Of a DNA stretch of 64,000 nt, positions 1 through 10,436 are shown in pieces. The notes below the pieces were generated by a model. It was not told the origin of the DNA, did not search any database, and saw only the letters and a list, made by a program, of their open reading frames with translations. How positions within the stretch are numbered: the stretch's first letter is position 1; every line of letters begins with the position of its first letter. The position numbers and the translations under genes were made by a program. The stretch is from Patescibacteria group bacterium (GTDB lineage: Bacteria > Patescibacteriota > Microgenomatia > UBA1400 > MFAQ01), in assembly GCA_943355005.1 (NCBI GenBank), contig CALRDV010000001.1, positions 242,059-306,058 of the forward strand, in the 5' to 3' direction.

Positions 1-2294
1 ATCCTACACGCACAGAAGAGCGGGAACAACGCCGCGGACTAATCATTGGCGATGTTCAATCTGGGAAGACAGTGAATTACAGCGGTACAATTTGTAAAGC
101 CGTAGATGCTGGATTCAGAGCAGTAATTATTATGACTGGAACAACTAATGACTTGCGTAAGCAGACTCAAATTCGTCTTGATGAAGCATTTACTGGTATT
201 GATACAGGAAGTGAAACCTTAAATTTTATCGGAGTAGGACAATATAATAAGAAATTACGCCCAATTTCGTTTACTACTGTAGACAAGGACTTCAGTAAGA
301 GTGCTGCCAAGCAATTGAGTAGTGCGTTATCACAAAGCGACGGCGACAGACCTATGCTGTTCGTAATCAAGAAGAATGTTTCAGTGCTTCGTAGCTTGCT
401 TGACTGGATCAAGACACACAACCAGTACGGCGAAAATAAAATTGACGGCTCTGTACTCATGATAGATGATGAGGCAGACTACGCCTCGGTCAACACAAGA
501 GCCGCCGGAGAAGATCGTAGCAAGACCAATGCTTATATTGAAGATTTATTAAATGTGTTTCGATTCGCAAGTTATGTCGGATTCACCGCTACACCTTATG
601 CCAATGTCTTTATAGACCCTGAAACTGATGAGGCTATGGAGAAAGAAGGCCTTTTTCCCAAAGACTACATTTATGCTCTGAGTTCACCGAGCAACTACAT
701 TGGTGCTAGAAATATTTTTCCCGAACACAGCGAGTACCATAACATGCTTAGACCGATTAGTGACGGAGAAGAATACTATCCATTGCGTCACAGAAAAGAT
801 GATGATCTGGACAAGCTATCCCCCAGTTTGAAGGATGCTGTAAATACATTCCTTTTAGCAAATGTTATCCGAGACTTGCGTGATAATGTAAATACACACA
901 GATCAATGATGATAAATGTGACGCGCTTCGTAAATACGCAACAGCTTGTCCGTAAAGCAGTTAGGAGCTATGTCGATGATGTAAAGCGGTCAATTAAGAA
1001 CTATGCCTCACTTCCAACTAGACGCGCACTCCAAGATTCGAATATCAATTTACTCTTTGAAACATTCAAACAAGAATACTCTGATAATGAGTTTAGCTGG
1101 GAAGAGGTACAAGCAACACTATTCAAGTCAGTGCTCCCTATTCAGGTACTCGCGGCACACGGTGGAGGTGATGATTTGAATTACGAGGAGTACGAAAATG
1201 GTCTACGCACGATTGTTGTCGGGGGACAGCGTTTATCACGAGGCTTAACGCTCGAAGGCTTAATAGTAAGTTACCTTTACCGCAATTCGATGGCATACGA
1301 CACCTTGATGCAAATGGGGCGTTGGTTTGGCTATCGTAGTAAGTATGATGATATTTGTAGACTTTGGATGGATAAAACTAGCCAGGATTGGTATGAATAT
1401 ATTTCCGATGCAACAGACGAATTACGCGCAGAGGTTAAACGCATGCGGGATATTGAAGCAACACCTCTAGATTTTGGCTTAAAGGTTCGTAATGATACCG
1501 ACATGAGGCTTACAATTACAGCTAGAAACAAGATGCGAACTGCTAAAGAGAAATCAATTAACGTATCTCTAAGCAAGGTTTATATCGAAACGGCATTTAT
1601 GTATAACGACGCCCGAAAGAATAAAGCAAACCTGGCGGCGGTAAGTGAATTAACTAATAGTGTTACATTTGAAAAATCCGAAAAACTATATGTTGCCAAG
1701 CAAGTTGATAAGAACTTAATAATTAGGTTATTTGAGGCTATAGATATGCCAGCTACTAACGTACAATTCGATCCTCAATCCATAGCGAAATTCATTGACC
1801 AGTATGCAGGAAACGAGCTCATTGATTGGGATGTAGCCATCAAGTCTGGTGAGCACGAGGATAGTTTCATTTTACCAAATGGAATATCAATTAATCCGAA
1901 TGATCGAAAATTTGAGCTAGTTAGAGAGGATCGAGTTATCAGAATGAATCGACGCAGGTTAGGTAGTCAAGGAGATGCTAAATTTGGGCTTAGTGAATCA
2001 CAATTGGCACTAGTCAAAGAAACTATCTCAAGTAACCCGGAGCGGAATTCATCAAACATTAACGACACCGATTACTTTGCAATCAGTCGCAAGCCATTAT
2101 TGCTTATTTACTTTGTTGAACCACGTAAAGAGGTCGAAGATTATGATCGACTTGTCGATTTTGATTCGATTCCGCTAATTGGTTTTAGTGTCGGAATTCC
2201 ACCACTTGGCGACATCAGGACCAGAAGTATTAGATACCAGATAAACAGAATTCATCAAGACTTTGGTGGCATAGAGGAGTTCGAAGATGAGTGA
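1..2294 (+). CDS. Z1-domain ATPase (5'-partial). The reading frame is open from the window edge and includes a Walker A motif (GDVQSGKT, nt ~36-59) upstream of the annotated ATG. A DEAD-like MIDDEADYAS box and a Z1-like GGQRLSRGLT motif are also present.
   Basis: Motifs read directly from the translation. The frame is open to nt 1. The gene is coupled to the downstream gene by an ATGA overlap. Z1 proteins are established Dcm-associated defense-island components. Confidence 0.6.
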   Translation, partial: PTRTEEREQRRGLIIGDVQSGKTVNYSGTICKAVDAGFRAVIIMTGTTNDLRKQTQIRLDEAFTGIDTGSETLNFIGVGQYNKKLRPISFTTVDKDFSKSAAKQLSSALSQSDGDRPMLFVIKKNVSVLRSLLDWIKTHNQYGENKIDGSVLMIDDEADYASVNTRAAGEDRSKTNAYIEDLLNVFRFASYVGFTATPYANVFIDPETDEAMEKEGLFPKDYIYALSSPSNYIGARNIFPEHSEYHNMLRPISDGEEYYPLRHRKDDDLDKLSPSLKDAVNTFLLANVIRDLRDNVNTHRSMMINVTRFVNTQQLVRKAVRSYVDDVKRSIKNYASLPTRRALQDSNINLLFETFKQEYSDNEFSWEEVQATLFKSVLPIQVLAAHGGGDDLNYEEYENGLRTIVVGGQRLSRGLTLEGLIVSYLYRNSMAYDTLMQMGRWFGYRSKYDDICRLWMDKTSQDWYEYISDATDELRAEVKRMRDIEATPLDFGLKVRNDTDMRLTITARNKMRTAKEKSINVSLSKVYIETAFMYNDARKNKANLAAVSELTNSVTFEKSEKLYVAKQVDKNLIIRLFEAIDMPATNVQFDPQSIAKFIDQYAGNELIDWDVAIKSGEHEDSFILPNGISINPNDRKFELVREDRVIRMNRRRLGSQGDAKFGLSESQLALVKETISSNPERNSSNINDTDYFAISRKPLLLIYFVEPRKEVEDYDRLVDFDSIPLIGFSVGIPPLGDIRTRSIRYQINRIHQDFGGIEEFEDE

Positions 2295-3204
2295 TTTAAT
2301 TGACCGTATCAAAAAGCTTCTGGAAGACCGACCTAATGAATCGTATCAGCGATTCGACGCCGAGCATCCGTTCGATGTTTACCTAGGAACAGATCAGGCT
2401 GGCAGGAAAAGTTTATCACTCGTAATGAACGCGCGACGCGAACGTATTACATCAACCAAAACCATTAATGCACAATTCTACAAGCGAGATGACGGCAAGC
2501 TAATGCTCAGCTTCTCTCTTGAGGACGACCAGCTTAAAGACATCTTTTATAAGTTTTGTGAAGACATCATTGAGAGCACCCGTCTGAATCGTGAGGAAGA
2601 TGGTTTTGCATCCGCAGTAGAACGTTGGAATACTTGGATTAAGTTCTTCTCGAAAACATCATTACCACTTTCTGAGAATGAGATTTTAGGGCTTATAGGA
2701 GAAATTTATTTCCTGAAAAATGTCATGATTCTGAAGTATGGTCAAGACGTTGCTCTTGAATCTTATATTGGTATAGATCGGGCTCATAAGGATTTTGAAG
2801 TACACGATACTTGGTATGAAGTGAAGTCTATTCATAACGGAGTACGAACAGTTAAAATCAGCTCAATTGAACAACTCGATTCCAGTCAAGTCGGACATTT
2901 AGAGATACTTACCTTTGATCAGAGTACACCAACATACGAGGACAATATTACTCTTAATAACGTTGTCGCTGGTTTCAGAGGCTCGCTTGAAGGTAAATGG
3001 CAGTTAAAGTTTGACGAGAAGATGCGTAAATCGGGTTATATTGAAGATGAGAGATATGATGAGTACAATTATCTATTTGTTCGTGTCGAGGAATATTCAG
3101 TTGGGAACAGCTTTCCTAAGATATCTAAAGCTGAGCTACCTAATGGAATTACAAAAGCCAGTTACGAAATTGATATATCTGCATTACAAGGATTTAAGGA
3201 ATAG
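2287..3204 (+). CDS. PD-(D/E)XK nuclease-fold protein (DUF4420-like)
   Basis: A D...EVK-type motif (DFEVHDTWYEVKS). The gene sits between the Z1 and AIPR genes and is translationally coupled to both. Confidence 0.5.
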   Translation: MSDLIDRIKKLLEDRPNESYQRFDAEHPFDVYLGTDQAGRKSLSLVMNARRERITSTKTINAQFYKRDDGKLMLSFSLEDDQLKDIFYKFCEDIIESTRLNREEDGFASAVERWNTWIKFFSKTSLPLSENEILGLIGEIYFLKNVMILKYGQDVALESYIGIDRAHKDFEVHDTWYEVKSIHNGVRTVKISSIEQLDSSQVGHLEILTFDQSTPTYEDNITLNNVVAGFRGSLEGKWQLKFDEKMRKSGYIEDERYDEYNYLFVRVEEYSVGNSFPKISKAELPNGITKASYEIDISALQGFKE

Positions 3205-3206
3205 GT

Positions 3207-5306
3207 ATGAATATAGAAGAATTTCGTTCGGATTGGATTGGTGACTTACGGGTCGCAGCTGAGGCGAATCAAAGTGACCCTCACAGTGAATTTGTTATAG
3301 ATGCAGTTAACCAGTTGCAAGATGCCGAAGAAGTGGAAAATGTTGAATTAGGCTACTTTGAGGGTATTGGACCAAATAGAACCAAGTTAATTGTCGACGG
3401 CTATGCTTTTGATGCAGTTGATAAATCATGTGTCTTACTTCTCAGTGATTACTCTAACAGTGATGAGGTTCAAACGCTTACCCGAACTGATATTGATCGT
3501 TTATATAACAACATGCGCAATCTTTTAGAAGCAGCAATTAGCGGCTACATTGTTTCTAACAAATTTGAAGAGAGTAGTATTGGCTATACTTTTGCAGTTG
3601 AGGCTAAACGACTCTTCGACATTGGTGAAATATCTAAATTCAGGTTTTACATTCTCACTGATAAAAAGCTCAGCGAAACTGTAAAGAATATCCGAAAAGA
3701 TCCAATTAATGGCAAAACAGTAGACTTAAATGCATGGGATATAAATCGATTTTATCAGCTGTTTACCTCTACACAGGGCAAGGAAGAGATAGAAATAGAT
3801 GTTTCAACATTACCAGGTGGTGGTATCCCATACGTCAGTGCTGCTAAGGGAGAAGATTACTCTGCTCACCTCGCTGTTGTTCCCGGGCAGTTTCTCGCAG
3901 ATATTTACCTCCAATATGGCTCTAGACTACTTGAAGGAAATGTACGGTCATTTTTAAGTATACGCGGTAAGGTTAATAAAGCTATACGAGGTACGATCTT
4001 ACAGCACCCTGACCTATTCTTTGCGTACAATAACGGAATAGCAGCGACAGCAACGTCCATTGAAACCGCTATTGAAAATGGTGTTCATCTCATCACCAAG
4101 ATTAACGATATGCAGATAATAAATGGTGGTCAGACTACTGCCTCGATAGCCAATGCAGTAATTCAGGATAAAGCTTCGCTTGAAGAAATATTTATTCCAA
4201 TGAAGCTATCTGTCTTAAATCACGATAAAGCAAAAGATATGATTCCGAATATTTCTCGTAGTGCCAACAGCCAGAACAAAGTAGATGAAGCGGACTTCTT
4301 CTCTAACCATCCTTATCATGTGCGCATTGAGGAGTATTCACGAAGAATACTGGCTCCTCCCGTAGACGGGAATCAATATCAAACAGCTTGGTTCTACGAA
4401 CGAGCGCGCGGCCAGTATGTCCAAGAGCAGATGAAGCTTACACGTTCAGAACGAAAACGATACCAACTTAAGAACCCTAAGACGCAATTATTACGCAAGG
4501 TGGATGTTGCTAAGTTCATTAATTCGTATGAGCAAAAACCACAAATCGTAAGCCGCGGCGCTCAATTTAATATGAGAATCTTTGCGGAAGAAATAAGTTC
4601 GCGGTGGCATCCAACAGATCAGAACATTAGCTTTAATGAATATTACTATAAAAAGTTGATATCACTCGCCATTCTATTCAAATCTACTGAAAAGCTCGTA
4701 ACTTCACAACAATGGTATCAGGAAGTTAAAGCATATCGTGCAAACATAGTTACTTACAGCATTGCTGTCATTATGCATAATATAGAGAAGAAATACTCCG
4801 GAAAAACCATTAATTTTTTACGTATATGGAATACCCAATCGATAAGTTCAGAACTTGAAGCTCAGATCTTAAAGACTACCCGTGAGGTATTTGATTTCAT
4901 TACCCGTGATGATAGAACAACATTGAATGTTACTCAGTGGTGCAAGCAAGAAGACTGCTGGAAGCGTGCTCAGAGTTTTGATTTTACGTTGCTCGAAAAG
5001 TTTACAGATACTCTTATAAGTACAGGTGATGAACAAGAGGAAAAAATTATTGCACAAAAAGAGCAGAAAGTAATTAACCAGATTAGCGCAGAGATTGAGC
5101 TTGTTAAATTAGGCGCTGATTACTGGAAGAAAGTACTTTACTTTGGCAGGAATGACAGATTACTAAGCGAAATGGAGGATGGATTGCTGAGTGTAGCTGC
5201 AAATTTTGATACTACAAGCAGAATTCCGTCTGACAAACAGGCGAAATTAATTATGCAGATACGCAAACGCTTATTCGACGAAGGGCTGTCAAGGGATTTA
5301 TCATGA
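3207..5306 (+). CDS. AIPR-family (abortive infection phage resistance-like) protein
   Basis: Size and N-terminal region resemble AIPR proteins. It sits in the canonical Z1/DUF4420/AIPR/Dcm arrangement. Confidence 0.5.
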   Translation: MNIEEFRSDWIGDLRVAAEANQSDPHSEFVIDAVNQLQDAEEVENVELGYFEGIGPNRTKLIVDGYAFDAVDKSCVLLLSDYSNSDEVQTLTRTDIDRLYNNMRNLLEAAISGYIVSNKFEESSIGYTFAVEAKRLFDIGEISKFRFYILTDKKLSETVKNIRKDPINGKTVDLNAWDINRFYQLFTSTQGKEEIEIDVSTLPGGGIPYVSAAKGEDYSAHLAVVPGQFLADIYLQYGSRLLEGNVRSFLSIRGKVNKAIRGTILQHPDLFFAYNNGIAATATSIETAIENGVHLITKINDMQIINGGQTTASIANAVIQDKASLEEIFIPMKLSVLNHDKAKDMIPNISRSANSQNKVDEADFFSNHPYHVRIEEYSRRILAPPVDGNQYQTAWFYERARGQYVQEQMKLTRSERKRYQLKNPKTQLLRKVDVAKFINSYEQKPQIVSRGAQFNMRIFAEEISSRWHPTDQNISFNEYYYKKLISLAILFKSTEKLVTSQQWYQEVKAYRANIVTYSIAVIMHNIEKKYSGKTINFLRIWNTQSISSELEAQILKTTREVFDFITRDDRTTLNVTQWCKQEDCWKRAQSFDFTLLEKFTDTLISTGDEQEEKIIAQKEQKVINQISAEIELVKLGADYWKKVLYFGRNDRLLSEMEDGLLSVAANFDTTSRIPSDKQAKLIMQIRKRLFDEGLSRDLS

Positions 5307-5342
5307 GCAGCGCAAAGTAATCCCTTATGCTATTATTTATCT

Positions 5343-6638
5343 ATGCTCAAGGTAGTTGAAACATTTAGCGGTATCGGTGCTCAATCAAAAGCCCTTAAGA
5401 ATATTGGCTGTGATTTTGAGATTATCGGTACGGCAGATTGGGACATTCACGCAATTATTGCATACGATTTGATTCATAATGGTAAACAAGACCTTTCAAA
5501 GTATAAAAACAATTCTCGCAAAGAGTTGCTAAAAAATTTAGAGAGGTTCACGCTAAGTATGGATGGTAAAGCCCCAACTGACTGGAAGAACATAAAAAAA
5601 TTGAATGTAGAAGTGTTAAGAAGGCTTTGTGCTGCAATCGATAGAACCAACAACTACGTTAGTGTTACTGATATAGACGGGGCACTTTTACCAACCGAAA
5701 TGAATACTTTGACCTATTCTTTTCCTTGTCAGGACCTATCAGTTGCTCATCAATGGCATGGAAAGACGGATGGTATAGACCGAAGCGCAGCTAACCGTTC
5801 TAGTCAGCTTTGGGAGATTGAACGCATTTTGAAGGAACGTAAAGCAAGCCCAAAGCCAATGCCTAAGTTCTTGTTAATGGAAAATGTTCCGAATATTATT
5901 TCCCGGTCGCACAGCAAGAACTTTGATGACTGGAAACAATCTCTCAAAGATTTGGGGTACTATAATCGTTTTATGGTAATTAATTCAGTCAATTTTGGTA
6001 CACCGCAGGTTCGCAAAAGAGCCTATCTAATGAGTTTCTATACAGGGGGTGTCCAAAAACTCGAAGCAAAACTAGATAAGTATTTTTCTGATAATAATCT
6101 AGAGGAAGTACGTAAAAAGTCCGTAAAACTATCTAAGTTTTTGAGGATTAATTACGAAAAAGGCACTTTTAGGCAAGAGGCTGACGAGTCAGTGCCTAAC
6201 GATACTCCTTCACGGAGAGACATTTTTATGAAGAGTGTTAAATTATATGACGGCGAGAGATATTCTGATTACGTGCCTACGATCACTACAAAACAAGACC
6301 GAAGGCCATGCTCAGGTGTCATTGTATACAACAATAAGCGTATTGGTAAAAGCGCGTATAGATATCTTACGGCAAGAGAATGTCTTTTATTGATGGGATT
6401 CGTAGATAGTGATTATGAAGCACTAATTGATGGTAACTTTAAGAAGAACATATCTACAAATTTTTTCACCACGAGAAAGATCGTTAAGATGGCTGGCAAT
6501 AGCATCGTCGTTTCAGTGCTGGAAGAGGTATTCAAACAAATGATATTTGTGGACGAACACATACTTTCTAAGGCAGCTATTGAGTTGCCAGTCGAAGAGT
6601 TGCAATCAGTTGGAGAGTTTAACTTCGCTTTAGCCTAG
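5343..6638 (+). CDS. dcm: DNA (cytosine-5)-methyltransferase
   Basis: Motif I FSGIGA, motif IV PCQDLS, motif VI ENVPN and motif VIII QVRKRAY are present, followed by a target-recognition region. Confidence 0.9.
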   Translation: MLKVVETFSGIGAQSKALKNIGCDFEIIGTADWDIHAIIAYDLIHNGKQDLSKYKNNSRKELLKNLERFTLSMDGKAPTDWKNIKKLNVEVLRRLCAAIDRTNNYVSVTDIDGALLPTEMNTLTYSFPCQDLSVAHQWHGKTDGIDRSAANRSSQLWEIERILKERKASPKPMPKFLLMENVPNIISRSHSKNFDDWKQSLKDLGYYNRFMVINSVNFGTPQVRKRAYLMSFYTGGVQKLEAKLDKYFSDNNLEEVRKKSVKLSKFLRINYEKGTFRQEADESVPNDTPSRRDIFMKSVKLYDGERYSDYVPTITTKQDRRPCSGVIVYNNKRIGKSAYRYLTARECLLLMGFVDSDYEALIDGNFKKNISTNFFTTRKIVKMAGNSIVVSVLEEVFKQMIFVDEHILSKAAIELPVEELQSVGEFNFALA

Positions 6639-6656
6639 CGATACGCTACATCACCA

Positions 6657-7856
6657 ATGAAAGTTTACGAATACAATGACCTAGACATAGCTCCTCTCAT
6701 TATCGATGCTGTGTATAAAAGCAAAAGTACTCTATTTGGAGATGGGCCGCTTGGGAAATTATTGCCGAAGATTGGCAATCAAGGTGGCTTTAGGTGTGTT
6801 AAGAGACAAGATAGTAGCGGTCAAATTGCGTACATAGTTTTGTACACCTCAGGTACTGAAATAGACTGGCCAGATTCACTTGATGTAGAGACGGGTATAT
6901 GGCGTTATTTTGGTGACAACCGAACCCCAGGAAAGTCATTATATGATACTCCTGCTAAAGGGAATCGTTACTTGAGTGATATTTTTGCTAGGATCGATAC
7001 ACCAGCAGAAAGAGCTAACATACCTCCATTTCTAATTTTTCAGTGGGCTGGGAATCAATTTGACGCAAAATTCCTCGGCGTGGCTGTTCCAGGCAACCCA
7101 AATATTCCTCCCGATAAAGAATTAAATGCGATATGGAGATCAAAGAATGGAAATAGATTCCAAAATTATGAAGCTTACTTCTCAGTTATCGATACGGGCC
7201 GAGAAGAAATATCGAAAGAATGGCTAAAGCTTTTGATTAGCGATCATAAAACCAGTATTTCGTTTGCCCCAACAGCGTGGAAGCAATTTATTAAATTTGG
7301 AAGACAAGGCATAAAACCTCTTTTATCTCCAAAGGGCTCTGAAATTCCCAATAAAGTGCAACAATTACCTCAAGATTCCAGTGGTAAAAAATTATTGCAA
7401 AAGATTCGTGACTACTACAATGACAATCCCTTTGGTTTTGAATTATGCTCCACAAAGATAGTTCAAATGATGGATAATAATTTTGAATTATTTGAGTTAA
7501 CACGTCCTTGGCGTGACGGCGGGAGAGACGCAATCGGCAAATACAAAATTGGGAATAGCCATAATCCGTTATTAGTAGAATTTGCGTTGGAAGCTAAATG
7601 TTACTCTACAGAAATTTCTGTTGGCGTCAAATCAATGTCAAGGCTAATTTCTAGGTTGAAGTATCGTCAATTCGGCGTTCTTATTACTACAAGCTATGTC
7701 CATTCACAGGCTTATAAAGAAATCGTGGAAGACGGACATCCAATCCTCGTAATAAACGCTTCAGACATTGCAAACATACTAAGGGCACATGGAACCAATT
7801 ATCAAAATGTTGATACATGGTTAAGTCAGATTGATCAGGAAAACATCGAGGCTTGA
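6657..7856 (+). CDS. Putative restriction endonuclease. An unknown N-terminal domain is fused to a C-terminal Mrr-like PD-(D/E)XK core (GGRDAIG...VEFALEAK).
   Basis: The C-terminal motif resembles the Mrr/restriction-endonuclease catalytic core. The gene lies immediately downstream of dcm in the same orientation. Confidence 0.4.
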   Translation: MKVYEYNDLDIAPLIIDAVYKSKSTLFGDGPLGKLLPKIGNQGGFRCVKRQDSSGQIAYIVLYTSGTEIDWPDSLDVETGIWRYFGDNRTPGKSLYDTPAKGNRYLSDIFARIDTPAERANIPPFLIFQWAGNQFDAKFLGVAVPGNPNIPPDKELNAIWRSKNGNRFQNYEAYFSVIDTGREEISKEWLKLLISDHKTSISFAPTAWKQFIKFGRQGIKPLLSPKGSEIPNKVQQLPQDSSGKKLLQKIRDYYNDNPFGFELCSTKIVQMMDNNFELFELTRPWRDGGRDAIGKYKIGNSHNPLLVEFALEAKCYSTEISVGVKSMSRLISRLKYRQFGVLITTSYVHSQAYKEIVEDGHPILVINASDIANILRAHGTNYQNVDTWLSQIDQENIEA

Positions 7857-7944
7857 GCCTTTGTTTAGTCGTACCCGCTAGAATACATGATTTAAAACTC
7901 TGAACTTCTAAAGGTTTTCAACGCATAAGTACGCAAATTGTGCA

Positions 7945-9354
7945 CTAGGCAATAATTTCTTTCAACTTTTCCCAAATTTTCACCATTGCCAGAGTGTCTA
8001 ACCCACAGTATTTGAGCAGTGATTCAGTAGTTTTCTGTTTTGCCTCCGCATCTGTACTATGTATCATCTCCCACCACGCAATCATGGCCATATCTCCCTT
8101 ATTGATATCAAGATCGTTATAGCTTAGCTCTGGTACCATGACGGGCAAAACATTTTTAATCGACCATCGTCCCTTAAAGTCTGGGTGAAGATAATATCCC
8201 TTAGACACGATTTCCATGAGATCGAACATTCGATTGTTAATATCGACTAAAAATTCTTTGTATTCAGGGTATAACTCTCCCATTTCCTTATTTTGTCCTC
8301 CCTCAAACCCTTTATTCCAGACAATGATTGATCCTGTATCGCAAATACGGCTTCTCAGATGCTTGAGTAGGTCTTTTGCTGGATCGCCTTGCTCTCTGGC
8401 AAGATACTCTTCATGTTGAATTTCATCGTTATTATTACTGACTATATGAAGGGAATACTGGAATACCATCTTTTGGTACGGTTTATGCCCTCGATAGAGT
8501 GGCATGGCTTCGTCATAGGTTTCGTAGTCTAAGAAATATAGTGGGTATATAAGGCCCTGTAGTAGCCCTCTGACCGTAGGTTTATCCAAAAAGGGAGTCC
8601 TGCTTTGCAATACATCCACAATCTTCTGTTGTTTTGGCGTGAAGGTGAAATTTAGGTCTACGTCATTGATTGCGATGGTTTTGGCATCTTCAAGCTCACG
8701 ACGTTTCTTGGGCGTAAGGTTTGGGACATTGTAGATCGAATATGGTGGCAAATCAGGGTGACATAAATCAATGCATGGGCAACTCTTGGGACTTAGACAG
8801 TTTAGGACTGATGAATATTCATCTAACTTGATTATTCTGAGCGCATCCCTCATTTGTGCAAGTACGTTTACGGTCATTTCCTCAACATCTGTTGTAATGT
8901 CCGGTACTTTGAATAATTGTTCGATATCAAGAGAATCACCTCGAACATACTCGTCATTTAGTAGTACGAGGTGGATCTTATCCACGTTGAGTGAGTCGCC
9001 GATTACAATTGACTGGACGGTGGCATCTGGTAGATGATCCTTTTTCTCTGATGTAGAGCTTTTTATTTCGTAGATATCATAGGTATCTGTGTCTAGGTTA
9101 TGGATAATTCCATCAGCCCTAGATTGATACTCGCCTGACACGTATGTTTGTTGCCACAGTAGTTCGGCATGTTTGTATTTTGGAAGTACATATTGCGTGA
9201 GGTAGTCATGTGCAACCTTTTCAACCTGATAGCCTTGCTTCATGAGGTGCTGGTCATACGTAGATGGAGCAGTTATTTGTAGTTTGCCGTGATCCTTTGC
9301 CCATAAATGCATGGGTGCCTCGAGATATAGGAGAAAATCTGATTTCGTTAGCAT
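7945..9354 (-). CDS. DUF2779-like predicted nuclease (LYFLDYETY motif)
   Basis: The conserved YFLD(F/Y)ET motif and Cys-containing region are typical of DUF2779. Confidence 0.45.
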   Translation of the reverse strand: MLTKSDFLLYLEAPMHLWAKDHGKLQITAPSTYDQHLMKQGYQVEKVAHDYLTQYVLPKYKHAELLWQQTYVSGEYQSRADGIIHNLDTDTYDIYEIKSSTSEKKDHLPDATVQSIVIGDSLNVDKIHLVLLNDEYVRGDSLDIEQLFKVPDITTDVEEMTVNVLAQMRDALRIIKLDEYSSVLNCLSPKSCPCIDLCHPDLPPYSIYNVPNLTPKKRRELEDAKTIAINDVDLNFTFTPKQQKIVDVLQSRTPFLDKPTVRGLLQGLIYPLYFLDYETYDEAMPLYRGHKPYQKMVFQYSLHIVSNNNDEIQHEEYLAREQGDPAKDLLKHLRSRICDTGSIIVWNKGFEGGQNKEMGELYPEYKEFLVDINNRMFDLMEIVSKGYYLHPDFKGRWSIKNVLPVMVPELSYNDLDINKGDMAMIAWWEMIHSTDAEAKQKTTESLLKYCGLDTLAMVKIWEKLKEIIA

Positions 9355-9396
9355 ATAATGGCATTATAGCCCATAAGTAGCATAAGGAGGATTTTA

Positions 9397-10365
9397 GTGA
9401 ATAGATTGCCAAAAACTGCTAAATTATTACTTGAAAAGGCGCGTGATTCTGCTACACAAGCTATTTCAACATACAACGATCCTCGAAGCTGTTTTAGAAC
9501 AGGAAATTTTACCATTTTAATGATTGTTGCTTGGACGGCATTGCTTCATAGTAATTTTGAAAAAAACAAAACTAGATATTATTACAAATTGCCAAATGGC
9601 AGATATCAAATGATAGATGGTGAGCGAAAAGCATGGGATTTATTAGAATCAGCGAACCATATATTTCAGGCCAATGATCCGGTATTAAAAAATTTAGAAC
9701 TGTTTATAAGACTCAGGAATAAAATAGAGCATCGGAATTTACCAGCGCTCGATCCAGAATTAGTTGGAGAATGTCAGGCTCTCGTTCTTAATTTTGAAGA
9801 ATGGTTGTTTTTGAAATATGGTAAGGATTACTCTTTAATTAACACTATATTTATTCCCATACAACTAACTTCTTCTAGAAGATCGCTACCTAAAACAAAA
9901 ATTGAAGATAATATAATTGATTTTATACAAGGTTATCGCAATGTTCTTCAACCAGACGTAATTAACTCCCAGCAGTTTTCTTTTAAAGCATATCTTGTTC
10001 CCAAAATTGGAAATCATAGATCTTCATCTGATATGGCTATCGAATTTGTGAAATATGATGAGAGTAATCCAAGGGAGATGGCTAAATATGATAAAGCCAT
10101 TATAGCTATAAAAGAAAAGCACATTTCTGTCGCCAATCAAAACTTATATAAACCAAGTGATGTAATTAAACAATTATCTAAGCGTGGAGTTGTTATTACT
10201 ATGAATTGGCATACTAATATATGGAAAAAATATAGTGTTCGACCAAATAAAATTGACAGTAATAAAACTAATTGTAAAAGTGAATATTGTGTCTACGATA
10301 GTGCACATAACGATTATCTATACACAGATAAATGGTTAGATTTATTAGTAAAAGAGCACAAATAA
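9397..10365 (+). CDS. Hypothetical protein (possibly DUF3644-like), defense-island associated
   Basis: Long ORF with no recognisable catalytic motifs. Confidence 0.3.
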   Translation: MNRLPKTAKLLLEKARDSATQAISTYNDPRSCFRTGNFTILMIVAWTALLHSNFEKNKTRYYYKLPNGRYQMIDGERKAWDLLESANHIFQANDPVLKNLELFIRLRNKIEHRNLPALDPELVGECQALVLNFEEWLFLKYGKDYSLINTIFIPIQLTSSRRSLPKTKIEDNIIDFIQGYRNVLQPDVINSQQFSFKAYLVPKIGNHRSSSDMAIEFVKYDESNPREMAKYDKAIIAIKEKHISVANQNLYKPSDVIKQLSKRGVVITMNWHTNIWKKYSVRPNKIDSNKTNCKSEYCVYDSAHNDYLYTDKWLDLLVKEHK

Positions 10366-10436
10366 TTAAGTATTTGAAACAAATCAGAACCAGGGTAAAT
10401 GTCAATGAGTTAGAGCGTTGAGACAGCGTGCTTGCA

